DNA of 64,000 nucleotides. Source: Octopus sinensis (taxonomy: Eukaryota). This document shows positions 13,615 through 25,270 of this stretch, in pieces. A program made the position numbers and the translations under genes. The DNA lies in the NCBI RefSeq assembly GCF_006345805.1, contig NC_043002.1, positions 39,804,001-39,868,000 of the forward strand, written 5' to 3'. The notes below the pieces were generated by a model, which saw nothing but the letters and a program-made list of their open reading frames with translations, made no database searches and had not been told where the DNA came from. Numbering within the stretch: the first letter of the stretch is position 1; every line of letters starts with the position of its first letter.

Positions 13615-14715
13615 TATGTCATTGTTCAGTTCTATTTCAAGATTTCTCACCAATAGAGAAAGAGTTGGTTTCTAACCTAGATCCAAGGCTCCTTCACTGG
13701 AATTTCAACAGGGTATTTTTGTTTGTATGTGTGTATGTATGTATGTTTATGTGCAGATTTGTATGTTTTGCTTTATGCTTGTATTCTCATGCATATAGTT
13801 GCATATCTAGACATGCTCATATATAATTAAATGATAAACTTCTGGAAAGTTTTATAGATTTTTAAAGTTCCAGTAATGAATTGGAACTGTAATCTTCAAA
13901 TTAGCTTTCTCATTTCTGACTTTGAAAAGCCCAATTTCTCAAGATTGGTATTTAGACTGCGTGTTACATATCCCAGGGCCACAATAATTACAGGTATAAA
14001 CATAAACTTGTAATCTGGATAGAGTAACTGCAGATTTCTCCATAGTTCAGCACAGGTGTTCTCTTTTTCACTGATCTTCAGATAACATCTGCCAGGCAAC
14101 TAATTTCTACAACTGTGCACAGTTTCTCTTCTCTATCCCAAATCATTATATCAGGCCTGTTGTGCTTACATTTTATTGACGTCTTTACTGAGACATTCTA
14201 CCAGTATTCCTTTTCATTATGAGTAGCTATGGTTTCTACCATTTTGTGGGTTCTTTTATTTCTTTGTCCTCGGGGTTATCCTTCCAATGGATTTCATTAT
14301 AGAGTGTCCTAACTACAACATCATGTCTCATCAGTAGAAAAAACCGTGATGACATTTTTGGACAATGGCTTATGATGCAGGTGATATCTTCAGTGTGAAC
14401 TCTACAAAGTCTGCATCAGTTGTCACATTTTACTGCTTTTCCTGCATCTCTATCCCTTTTGTACATCAGGTACTTGGTTGATATTTCCTGTTCCTGGATT
14501 GCAAACACATACTCAAAATGGGAGGTAGTAATCTGGCTATTGGTCCATGATAGACTTCTGTCTTCCTTAGATCCTGAACTCCTGGTGGAATTGTGGGGCT
14601 GTTATCGTGAATGGTACATCTTTGGTATCTCAAACCTGGCAAAGCCCATCCCTCTTCAGTTTGAATGGCATCCATTTTCTAGTTGTTTGATTCTAATCTT
14701 CTGTGAAAAATAACA
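13615..14715 (-). mobile_element. 5'-truncated non-LTR retrotransposon with restriction-like endonuclease (R4/Dong- or NeSL-like)
   Basis: Minus-strand translation: VFAIQEQEISTKYL, CRLCRVHTEDITCIISHCP (CCHC-type knuckle), LMRHDVV, HNRPDIMIWDREEKLCTVVEISC, EKENTCAELWRNLQLLYPDYKF...ALGYV. The 3' UTR runs into CATACATAC. Confidence 0.8.
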
Positions 14716-14717
14716 TG

Positions 14718-14901
14718 TCTGTTGTGTCTGGGGAGAGTCATTTTCTTTTTGTGCCTTATAATGTAACACATTCACTGGTAAAATTTCCACTTATTTCTTA
14801 TTTTTATTTTCCTAAAATAAGAAATAAGTTGAAATTTTTACTGGTGAGTGTGTTACATTATAAGGCACAAAAAGAAAATGACTCTTCCCAGACACAACAG
14901 A
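14718..14901. repeat. Inverted repeat with ~87-bp arms and a 9-nt spacer
   Basis: 14718-14804 is a near-perfect reverse complement of 14814-14901. The right arm and its continuation recur at about 54830-54960. Confidence 0.85.
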
Positions 14902-15975
14902 ATATGCTTCAGCACACGAACTCATATAAAGAATCTTGCAAACCAAATCCAAAAACAAAAATTAACATGTCTGGCCATATGGAAATATCACTTTGCTTAG
15001 AAACAGCTGAGGATTGGTGGCATGAAGGGTATCTGGCTGTAGAAAATCTGCCTCAATAAATTCCTTTTGAGCCAAGCAAGCGTAGAAAAGCATGGGTGTT
15101 AAATCAATGACAATGACAACAATTATGAGGAAGAGAAGGTAGGAGGAAGAGTAGTAGAAGGAAGAGGAGAAGGATATCCAAACACATACACAAAAGGCTG
15201 TCTTTTAAGCTATCACATACAGTAACATTAAATCTTTTGTACGTTTTAAATGTGTGTGTACCTGTGTGTACATGTATGTGCATGTGTGTTTATACGTGAT
15301 TACTCACTCTTGGTAAGCTACTTAGCTTTTAATATTACTTATCCGGCCATGAAAAATGACAACAACAACTCTGTCCCAGTTTGCTGAATAGATATCTGTC
15401 ACATAAACTCTTTATATCTATATTTAATGGATTTGTTGACTGATGCGACCAAGTGGACTGTATAAAATCCATGAATGCTTGAAAAGTAAAATCATGAGCA
15501 GTATTAGAATAAAGACAAAGGTGATAGATTGGTTGAGAGAAGTGATATTTACTTGTATCGCTTAATGAATTGAGTTCAATTCTTGACAGGGTCGTCTTTC
15601 CTTTTTCTCCTGTCTAGTGTTGATAGATTAAAGTACCAGTCATGTACTGGGATCAATGAAGAAGACTATTATATTCAGTGCCACTTTAATGGGTAGTGTA
15701 CCTGGCTATTCACATATTAGAGTGTGGTCTGCCTGCACATTTATACTTCTTTGTGTAAAAGTCAGTTATCATACTGGAAGATATTCCTATTAGAGTTGCT
15801 GCTGTATTCATGAGTATTCCAATTGTAAAAAGATGATATCAGTTCTAAAATTACACACAAATTCAGATTGCAGTATAATTTGTTACTGATCTCTGTACAA
15901 TGACAAAATGGGTTTGGCTCCTCTTTCAAGGGAACAAAGTACAGGACCATGTTCCCAGCCTCTGTCACACTTTAA

Positions 15976-16185
15976 CCCTTTCGATACCAACCCGACTCTG
16001 GCTCTTTAGTACAAATGTTTTGTTTCAATAAGTTTTGAATTAAAATCTTCCACCAAACTTTAGTCACAATTCATGTTCCTAACACTAGCTTAATGATAAT
16101 TAAGTTACTTTACTAAATTCTTTGTTATATTTAAAATTAATTGAAAGAAACACAGAGCATCTCAAAATAAATAGTTACAAAAGGG
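15976..16185. mobile_element. piggyBac-like MITE (second subfamily)
   Basis: TTAA-CCCTTT at the left end, AAAAGGG-TAAA at the right end. Confidence 0.5.
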
Positions 16186-16371
16186 TAAATATTTCTTGCA
16201 TGACACTACCACATTAATGGCAAGGGTGTGCTTTTTGTAGTGTGTTCAGAAGAATGCATTTCTGTAAAAATGCAATTTCTGTTTCCTCTGTGCTACTGAT
16301 GTCTGTCAATAGAAATTTTTAAATTGCATTCAAGTGGGTTATTGGCTTCAATTTGAAGAGTATACTGATTC

Positions 16372-16768
16372 TTTTATTCTTTTGCTTGTTTCAGTCAATT
16401 GACTGTGGCCATGCTGGAGCACCGCCTTTAGTTGAGCAAATCGACCCCAGGACTTATTCTTTGTGAGCCTAGTACTTACTCTATCAGTCTCTTTTGCTGA
16501 ATTGCTAAGTTACAGAGACGTAAACATACAAGCATCAGTTGTCAATGATGCCAAGTAGTGGGAGAGACACATGCGCATGCGTGTGCACACACACACACAC
16601 ACACACAAAATGAGCTCCTTTCAGTTTCTGTCTACCAAATCCACACACAAGGCTTTGGTCAGTCCAAGTCCATAGTAGAAGACACTTGCCCAAGGTGTCA
16701 TGCAGTGGAACGGAACCCAGAACCATGTGGTTGGGAAGCAAGCTTCTTACCACACAGCTTGCACCTAT
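16372..16768 (-). mobile_element. tRNA-derived SINE family A, full length
   Basis: Collinear with the other family A copies. Confidence 0.8.
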
Positions 16769-16789
16769 GTGGATATTTTTTATATAGAC

Positions 16790-17048
16790 CAGTGGTTCTC
16801 AACCATTTTTTGCCTATAGATCCCTTTGATTTCTACTTTACTCAGATGGACCCTCCTAGCCATTTGGTGATGTTTTAAAAAATCCAATTATATTTTTGTG
16901 ATTAAATATTATTTGGAACTACATTAAAAAAAATGTTACAATATTTTGTGTTTTGTAGAAGGATAACCAGTTTATTGGACATAAATTTTAGCAACAAACT
17001 CTTCTGTTGACCCATAAATATTATATGGATCCCAATTGAGAACCACTG
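16790..17048. mobile_element. hAT (Charlie-like) MITE, 259 bp
   Basis: TIRs CAGTGGTTCTCAA / TTGAGAACCACTG. Perfect 8-bp TSD ATATAGAC at 16782-16789 and 17049-17056. Confidence 0.9.
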
Positions 17049-17317
17049 ATATAGACCAGTCGGTAGCACTTGGATCAAAATGGTAAATAAAAAAAGAAAA
17101 GAACAGAAAAGATAACCTAAGCACAGTCAAGAAAACTCAGGTAAAAAGGGTGAAAAAAAGGTAAGCACAGATAATAATTTCATACTACGAAAGCTCACAA
17201 AACTAGCTGACGTCTCAGTAGACCGATCATGTCCTTTCACAGTGTAGGCTACAAATGCTGTGGTTGACAGCCACGCTAAAGTAGCACCCTTCTCAAGTAC
17301 ACTCTTCCCACTATAGG

Positions 17318-17349
<32 letters not shown>

Positions 17350-17391
17350 ATATCATTATCACCATAATTATCATTGTCATCGCCGCTGCCG

Positions 17392-17453
<62 letters not shown>

Positions 17454-17465
17454 TCATCGTCGTCG

Positions 17466-17516
<51 letters not shown>

Positions 17517-18022
17517 CCACCACCACCACCACCATTATCATCAGCTTCCTCATCACAGTCTTAGTTATGTATCACTGTTTATTTAACTCTTGGTCATTTC
17601 TGATTAAATCAAAAGCGCTATTGCATTGTTTTCCAAACACATTACTTCTAGGATGATCCCATTATTTAATGTTTTTTAATGTTCCTTTCCATTGTTAAGA
17701 TGTAGTTTTAACGGATACTTCTAGCCTCTTGAGTGATAAAATAGACACACCCATCTCTGTACTTGTGTTTGTGTGTGAATAAACATAAATGGTTTGTATG
17801 TCTGTATGTTTATGTGTTGATAATAATGATGAGGATCATTGTCGTCATCATCGGCATCATCATCATCATCATCATCACCACCACCACCACAGCCACTGCC
17901 AACAACACAACCACCACCATCATCATCATCATCATCATTATTATCGCCACTATCACTGCCACTACAAGCACTATCATCATCACCACCACCACCACCACCA
18001 CCATTATTCTCATCATCATTTA
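17318..18022. repeat. Triplet arrays (CAT)n, (GCC)n, (CGT)n, (CAC)n in two blocks
   Basis: Visible at about 17318-17540 and 17820-18022. Confidence 0.9.
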
Positions 18023-18106
18023 CTAACTGACTCAGTAGCTGTGTTTTTGTTTCTATTTTTTTGAAATGGTGTCATGAATCTTCCAGTTCACTGCTTGTTG
18101 GTGAGC

Positions 18107-18146
<40 letters not shown>

Positions 18147-18374
18147 GGATGGATGGATGGATGGATGGACAGACGGATGGACGGATGGATGGATTGATAG
18201 ACAGATAGAAATGGTAAGACAACAAAAGAATGAAAGGGACCTCAATATTATGTAAATAGAGGAATTTATCTGTAAATATAATATGTGACAATTATTTGGT
18301 AGCCATGATAAAACTCTGAGTTTTGGATGTTGGGGCAGAAACCCATGTCGCCACCTCTTCAGTTATATGGCCAT

Positions 18375-18422
<48 letters not shown>

Positions 18423-18489
18423 ATATATATATATATATAATATATATATGTATGTATGTATATATATGTATATATATAATATATATACA

Positions 18490-19478
18490 CACACAAGGTG
18501 CAGTTAATATAGTGTTGTCTAAATTACGCAAGAATAAAATAACACTGACATCTCATTTTAACTGATATATTTACCAAAATTACATAAAAATATCTTGAAA
18601 TACTAAAGAGTAAATTTATTTAATAAAATCGCCATTGGCTTCAACCACAACCTCCAGATGACGTTGGAATCTCCTGAAGCTCTTCTTGATGGTCTCTTTG
18701 TTTAAGTTGGTGAATACTGCCATAATCCTTGCCTTCAGTTTATTTTTGGTGTTACAATGAGTTTTGTCGGTCTCTCTCTCAACTGCTTTCCACACATAAC
18801 AACCAAGGGGGTTTCAGTCTGAAGAGTTAGGTAGCCAGATGTTAGGGTGATTTGGTCACAGAAATTGTCTGACAGCCATTACTAGGTTCTCCAGCTTGTG
18901 TGGTATGGTGCAGAGTCCTGTTGCCAGACATAGGGCATTCCAACAGCCATCCTTTTGAGCCATGGCAGTACTACTTCTCCAGACATGTGATGTAGGCCTC
19001 TATATTGAATCTGAGGTCGTGTGGGAAGATGAATGGGAGCATAACGTCACCATCACTAGTGATGTTGACTTGATGTTGCCTTGATGTTTGATTTTTATCA
19101 TTTTTAGTACATGTTTTGGGGACATGGCAAGCTAGCGGTTGTTCTGTGTTTGGCTGGAGTTTGTTCAAAGCCTTTGTAGCATGATCTTTCCTTTTGTCCT
19201 TGATGGCTTGAAATAAAAATTGGCCCTTTCTCATCTTGTATGAAGAATACCGAATGTCTTCATGCACTGCCTGCCTGATAAGAAACTCAGACACTCCCAT
19301 GTCCCTGGTTGACTTGGAGAGATTGTTGTCAATCAGAGTGAGATTTCCAAGCTGCCGCTTTTCTCACAGATGGTGCCCAACTGACCCTACTATACTGTGT
19401 AGTCAACAAAATCAAAAACAAACAATGCATATGCTTGAAATTAGAAATATAAAATGACAATAATTTACTCATTGTCCC

Positions 19479-19483
<5 letters not shown>
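18490..19483 (-). mobile_element. Tc1/mariner-superfamily (maT/DD37D-like) transposon remnant
   Basis: Minus strand: DIRYSSYKMRKGQFL, WQQDSAPYHTS, WLPNSSD*NPLGCYVWKAVERETDK and RFQRHLEVVVEANGDFIK*. (TA)-rich flanks. Confidence 0.8.
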
Positions 19484-19518
<35 letters not shown>

Positions 19519-19904
19519 GTATGTATTTCAATGTGTACAAATAAATAAATAGTTACCAGGATAACAAAATTTCACTTAAGTCCCAAGGATGTTATAGCCT
19601 ACTTATAAAGGTGGAAGTTCCAGGGTTTAGTGAAATGTTTTTGTATGACATAGATAAATTAAGAAATAAGTTAAACACAGGTGTTATTCAAATCTTTATA
19701 CTTCTGACATATGTTTCGAAGAAGACATTGGTATTATTCCTGAGGGAATAAAATAATGTAAAACAATATAATCATCTTGTCAAGGAAAAAAGAGAAACAA
19801 AACACATCAATAAGTCATTTTAACCGAATGTAATTACTGTGTATATGATGAAGGGGATGCTGGCAATTTATTTTTAAAAAAACAGTTAATAGATTTAACG
19901 TCAA

Positions 19905-20024
19905 AGGCAATTTAGAGAAAGAGGAGGAGAAAGAAAGAAATTAACAGAAAATTAGGAGTGATGAAATATAGTGTGATAGATGAGTGGAAATAAAGCTTAA
20001 GGCAGGTATATATATATATATATA

Positions 20025-20073
<49 letters not shown>

Positions 20074-20145
20074 TTCTATTTTCTCACTGACCGCTGGTTG
20101 CAAAATTTTTCTTGAATTTTTCTTGATTTTTGCTACCCTATATTG

Positions 20146-20183
<38 letters not shown>

Positions 20184-20432
20184 GGGAGTTCATGAAAAAA
20201 ACAAAAGACAAAGACAGTGGTGTAGAAAACAAACAGATGTATTAGTATAATGCTCAGGAATTGAAAAAGTCTTTTACATTTGGAGCCTATGCTCATCTAC
20301 AGAAATATACATGCTTTTAAGCTTTATTTCCACTCATCTATTACACTATATTTCTTCACTCTTAATTTTCATTTAATTTCTTTCTTCCTCCTCCTTCTCT
20401 TTCTTTAAATTGCCTTTAACATTAAATCTATT
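19905..20432. repeat. ~115-bp inverted repeat enclosing a hammerhead-like H2 element
   Basis: 19905-20001 is the reverse complement of 20317-20432, with scattered mismatches. Confidence 0.8.
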
Positions 20433-20599
20433 TGAAACTATGTAGCAACTCATCAAATGGTTGTACCTGTCATAGACAGGTCCAGCTTTGTCACAATATG
20501 TTATGCTCAGGCTACCTGAGAATTATGTTAAAGGTACATATGACTTTGAAATACTCAGCCGCTTATAGACTAATTCAGTAATGAGGCAGGTATTCTTTG

Positions 20600-21050
20600 A
20601 TTCTTTTACTTGTTTCAGTCATTAGAGTGTAGCTATGCTGGAGCACATCTTTGAAGAATTTCAGTACTTATTTTTTTGTTTTTTAAGCCTGGTATTAACT
20701 TTATTGACCTCTTTTTCCAAACTGCTAAGTTATGGGCAAGTAAACACACTAACATTGGCTGTCAAGTAGTGGTGGAGTGACAAACACAGACACAAAGATG
20801 AACACACATGCACATACACACACACAAACACACACCCCACACACACACACAAATACACCCCCCCCACACACACATATATATATAATATATATATGACAGG
20901 TTTCTTTCAGTTTCCATTTACCTATCCATTCACAACGTTTTGATTGGCTCTAGGCTATAGTGAAAAACACTTGTCCAAGGGGTTTTGTACTGGGATTGAA
21001 CCCAGGACCATGAAGTTGAGAAGCAAACTTCTTACCATTCAGCCATACCT
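20600..21050 (-). mobile_element. tRNA-derived SINE family A, diverged full-length copy
   Basis: Collinear with the other family A copies. Confidence 0.7.
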
Positions 21051-22489
21051 TTTTTATATACAATTTTGTCCACTGTAGCATAAGGGACTACAAAGAAGTA
21101 AAAGAAGGGGCCTACAAATTAAAAAGATGTCAATTGGCAGAAAGCTTGAAGAACTAAAAATTATGATGAAACTCTGACCAAGATCCATATCCGCCCATCT
21201 TAAAAAGGAAGGACATATTTAGTATTGTTGACAGGCATGTACCATCCCTGAAAATAAGACAGGTCAGATGGTCACAACTCAAATGTCTTTAATTAAGGTT
21301 CACTTATCCAAAGCTAACCTAAGTCTAATCATCATCATCAACAACAACAACAACAACAATAACAAGAAGTAAATTTTTTACTGGCCAGTGAGGAAGTTTT
21401 TATAAATGCACTAAACCTGCTAGAAATGGCAGTCACATTATTCCTTCATATCAAACTGCCATTATCTTAAACAGAGAAAAAAAAAACACAAATTAGACAA
21501 TGTAGTCTTTTTGCACATTACCTAAAAAGAAAATCAATGGGCTGCTCGTGGCTGGAATACTTTTGATCATATGTCTGTTCTATTAGAGCTTGCATGCAGC
21601 CAAACAACAGCTGCAATAACAATAACAACAAATAAACTTTTGTTTTTCAAATAAATTCATTGTTACTTTTCAAAGACAGCCAGTAATATGATTTAACTGA
21701 AATACATTATATAATATTTAAATTGTTGCAACATGTGTGCGTGTGTGTATCTATGGATGAATTTGAATAAATTCATATGCATACCACTTATAAAATATTC
21801 AGTAACTTGAATACATTGATCAGCATTAAAGTAGGCTAATGTGTACTCAGAAATTGCTTTTTATCATACCTTCCAATTTCATGCTAATCTCAGATAATAT
21901 TCTTTCTTGTTTTTGCAAAAGGTCAGCAATTTTGAGAAGAGTAGAGAAGTTGATTTCATCAACCCTAGTTATTTGACTGCTACTTTACTTCATCGACCCC
22001 CACAAAAGGATTAAAGGCAAAGTTAACCTCAGCAGAATTTATACAGTGATCTCAAATAATATTAATCAGGATAATGTCATAGATTCTTTTGTTTTTGATT
22101 TTTTAAAAATATTTTTTTTCACAACCATCGGTGTATGAAGTGCTCCTCACGACCACAAACTCATGAGATGGTTGTGATCTGTAAACAGTTTTGAATAGGA
22201 ACTGGAAAGAGAAGTATGAACACGTAAATGCACGTGTGCACACTGGATTTGTAAAATGGAAGAGACAAATTAAAACACAATACGCATGTCAAGATAGAAT
22301 GGAAGAGAAGAAGAAAAATGCAATGCACATGACAAACAAATTATATGATGTTTTCATGCCAAGTCTGACATCACTAGCATGCAGCTTTCCTGCAATTTTC
22401 TTGTTTCTGTTGTGTATTGGTCATGGACTTTTATTCTGAGTAATTTCTGTTTCATTAAAATGGTTTTTATCAACATAATTATAATCTAC

Positions 22490-22725
22490 TAAGGCGGCGA
22501 TTTGGCAGAAACATTAACAAGCCGGGTGAAACGCTTAGCAGTATTTCATCTGTCGCTACGTTCTGAGTTCAAATTCCACCGAGATCGACTTTGCCTTTCA
22601 TCCTTTCAGGGTCAATTAAATAAGTACCAGCTATGCATTGGGTTGATATAATCAACTTAATCCGTTTGTCTGTCCTTGTTTGTCCCTTCTGTATGTAGCC
22701 CCTTGTGGGCAGTAAAGAAATAATA
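22490..22725 (+). mobile_element. SINE family B, full length
   Basis: aaggcggcgatttggcagaaacattaac...gttctgagttcaaattcc...gcccccttgtgggcagtaaagaaat-like end. Confidence 0.8.
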
Positions 22726-23824
22726 ATCATAATCTACATTTTTGAAAACATATCTCTGTAAAGTTATAATAAAAATATACATTATTAATGAAGTTATGAA
22801 GAAACAAAGCACTGGAATGTTGGTGGGGTGAGCCAAGCTGTAGTTTACCCATACATATTCACCTCATATGTAAATAGACAGTGACACAGTGACATCAGGA
22901 TTAAACTACAAGGATCTCTCTATGGAACAAACTAGTCAGCAGTTCTTGGTTACATCCTGTAGAGGGAGCCATTTGTTTCACCACAGGGTTTATTTATACA
23001 GCAAAGTTGAATATATGTTTATCAAGCGTACACATTCAGGCATCAGTGTGTGGTAAGAAGCTTACTTCCAAACCTCATAGTTTCAGGTTCTGTCCCACAG
23101 CATGGTGCCTAGGGTTAGCATTTTCTGCTATACTCCTGATCTGAGCAAAGCCTTGTGAGCAGATATGGTAGACAGAAACTGAAAGAAATTAAAGGTGGCG
23201 AGCTGGCAGAAACGTTAGCACACTGGGCGAAATGCTTAGCGGTATTTCATCTGCTGTTATGTTCTGAGTTCAAATTCTGCCAAGGTCAACTTTACCTTTC
23301 ATTCTTTCGGGCTCGATAAATTAAGTACCAGTTATGCACTGAGTTGATGTAATCGACTTAATTCCTTTGTCTGTACTTGTTTGTCCCCTCTATGTTGGCA
23401 ATAAAAAATTTTTTTAATAAGAAACTGAAAGAAACCTGTTTTTATATATAATATATATATTATATATATATATCATCATCATCATCATCATTTAGATGAT
23501 GATTATATATATATATATATATAGTATATATATATATAATTATATAGAGTATAGAGACTTGTCATCCTCAAAATTTGTTTTCTCTTATTTAGTAATTTTG
23601 AGGATGAACAAGTCTCCATACTAAATATAATTATTACTAATATATACTCCAGACAACATTACTGACCAGTGAAGCAAACATGGAATTACCCATCAGAAGA
23701 ATTCACAGAGTGGCTGATAACTAATAGTAGTCACAGATGTTAAATACTGATCAACATGGTTAGCCACAAACTGGAACTTAACTGTGAGCCACCAGAGTAT
23801 TTGCTTGGAATATTTCCCTCCAAA

Positions 23825-23869
<45 letters not shown>

Positions 23870-23892
23870 GTGTATGTTTTATGTATTACTCT

Positions 23893-24300
23893 TTTACTCT
23901 CTTTACTCTTTTACTTGTTTCAGTCATTTGACTGCGGCCATGCTGGAGCACCGCCTTTAATCAAGCAACTCGACCCCGGGACTTATTTTTTTGTAAGCCC
24001 AGTACTTATTCTATCGGTCTCTTTTGCCGAACTGCTAAGTAACGGGAACATAAACACACCAACATCAGTTGTCAAGCAATGCTAGGGACAAACACCGCAC
24101 AAACACCCACACTCATATATATATATATATACATATATACAACGGGCTTCTTTCAGTTTCATCTACAAATCCTCACAGGCTTTGGTCAGCCCGAGGCTAT
24201 AGTAGAAGACATTTTTTCCCAAGGTACCACGCAGTGACTGAACCCGGAACCATGTGGATGGTAGACAACTACTTACCACACACAGCCACTCCTGCGCCTA
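23893..24300 (-). mobile_element. tRNA-derived SINE family A, full length (duplicated at about 26505-26912)
   Basis: Reverse complement starts aggcgcaggagtggctgtgtgtggtaagtag...ggttcagtcac. Confidence 0.85.
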
Positions 24301-24764
24301 TGTAATGTATATATATATAGTTAATCCAAACATGAACAAAGAGAAAGCACAACAGAGTGAGGACGTGGAATATGTATAGTGTTACTGGACGCTCAGGAAA
24401 GGATCCTGGCAGATGTATATATACCAGGTCTGCCTGACTGGCTCCCATGCCAGTGCTCCCACCAGAACACATCACACCATCCGAACATGATCAATGCCAG
24501 TGGCCCCTCACTGGCACCTGTGCCGGTGGCACATAAAAAGCACCCACTACACTCTCAGAGTGGTTGGTATTATAAAGGGCATCCAGCTGTAGAAACATTG
24601 CCAGATCAGATTGGACCCTGGTGCAGCCATTGGCTTTCAAACCTCATTCAAACCATCCAGCCCATGTCAACATGGAAAACAAACATTGAACAATGATGAT
24701 GATGATGATATATATACATACATATATATATAATATATATATATATATATAATATATATATATA

Positions 24765-24995
24765 GGGAGAGTTTGCGAAAAACAAAAGACGAAGACAGGT
24801 GGTGTACAAACAAACAGATGTATTAGTATAAATGCTCAGGAATAGGAAAGTCTTTATGTTTTGAGCCTACGCTCTTCTATAGAAAGGACACAGAAAAACA
24901 AGGAGAGAAACAGGAGAGAAAAAAAGTGTGTGTAGTAGCTAACGATCTATCATCTGACTCAGACAGAAGGGTCACACACGAGAGGGAAAGTAGGG
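24765..24995 (-). mobile_element. Short PLE-tail-derived element H2 with degenerate hammerhead-like motif (duplicated at about 27371-27605)
   Basis: Homologous to 33460-33705, which follows a PLE GIY-YIG C-terminus. The 3' end abuts (TA)n. Confidence 0.6.
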
Positions 24996-25170
24996 GACAT
25001 TGCACACATACACACACACACGCACACGCAGACCTCCGTGCACGCACACATCCACACTTACACACACATTCCCCCTCCTACATTCCGTTTTCTTTGACCA
25101 TTCTACTCTTCTGTCTTTGAAAACATCTTTCTTCACCCTTTCTCCTTCCGGTCTTTCAAAAATGTGACCT

Positions 25171-25270
25171 NNNNNNNNNNNNNNNNNNNNNNNNNNNNNN
25201 NNNNNNNNNNNNNNNNNNNNNNNNNNNNNNNNNNNNNNNNNNNNNNNNNNNNNNNNNNNNNNNNNNNNNN
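25171..25270. other. Assembly gap (100 N)
   Basis: Visible. Confidence 1.

Noticed and set aside
15762-15968. 68-aa ORF in unique-looking sequence
   Set aside because: No recognisable motif or convincing splice sites.
17374-17586. Poly-Arg/poly-His ORF resembling a protamine
   Set aside because: It is (GCC)n(CGT)n(CAT)n, contiguous with flanking triplet repeats; no gene context.
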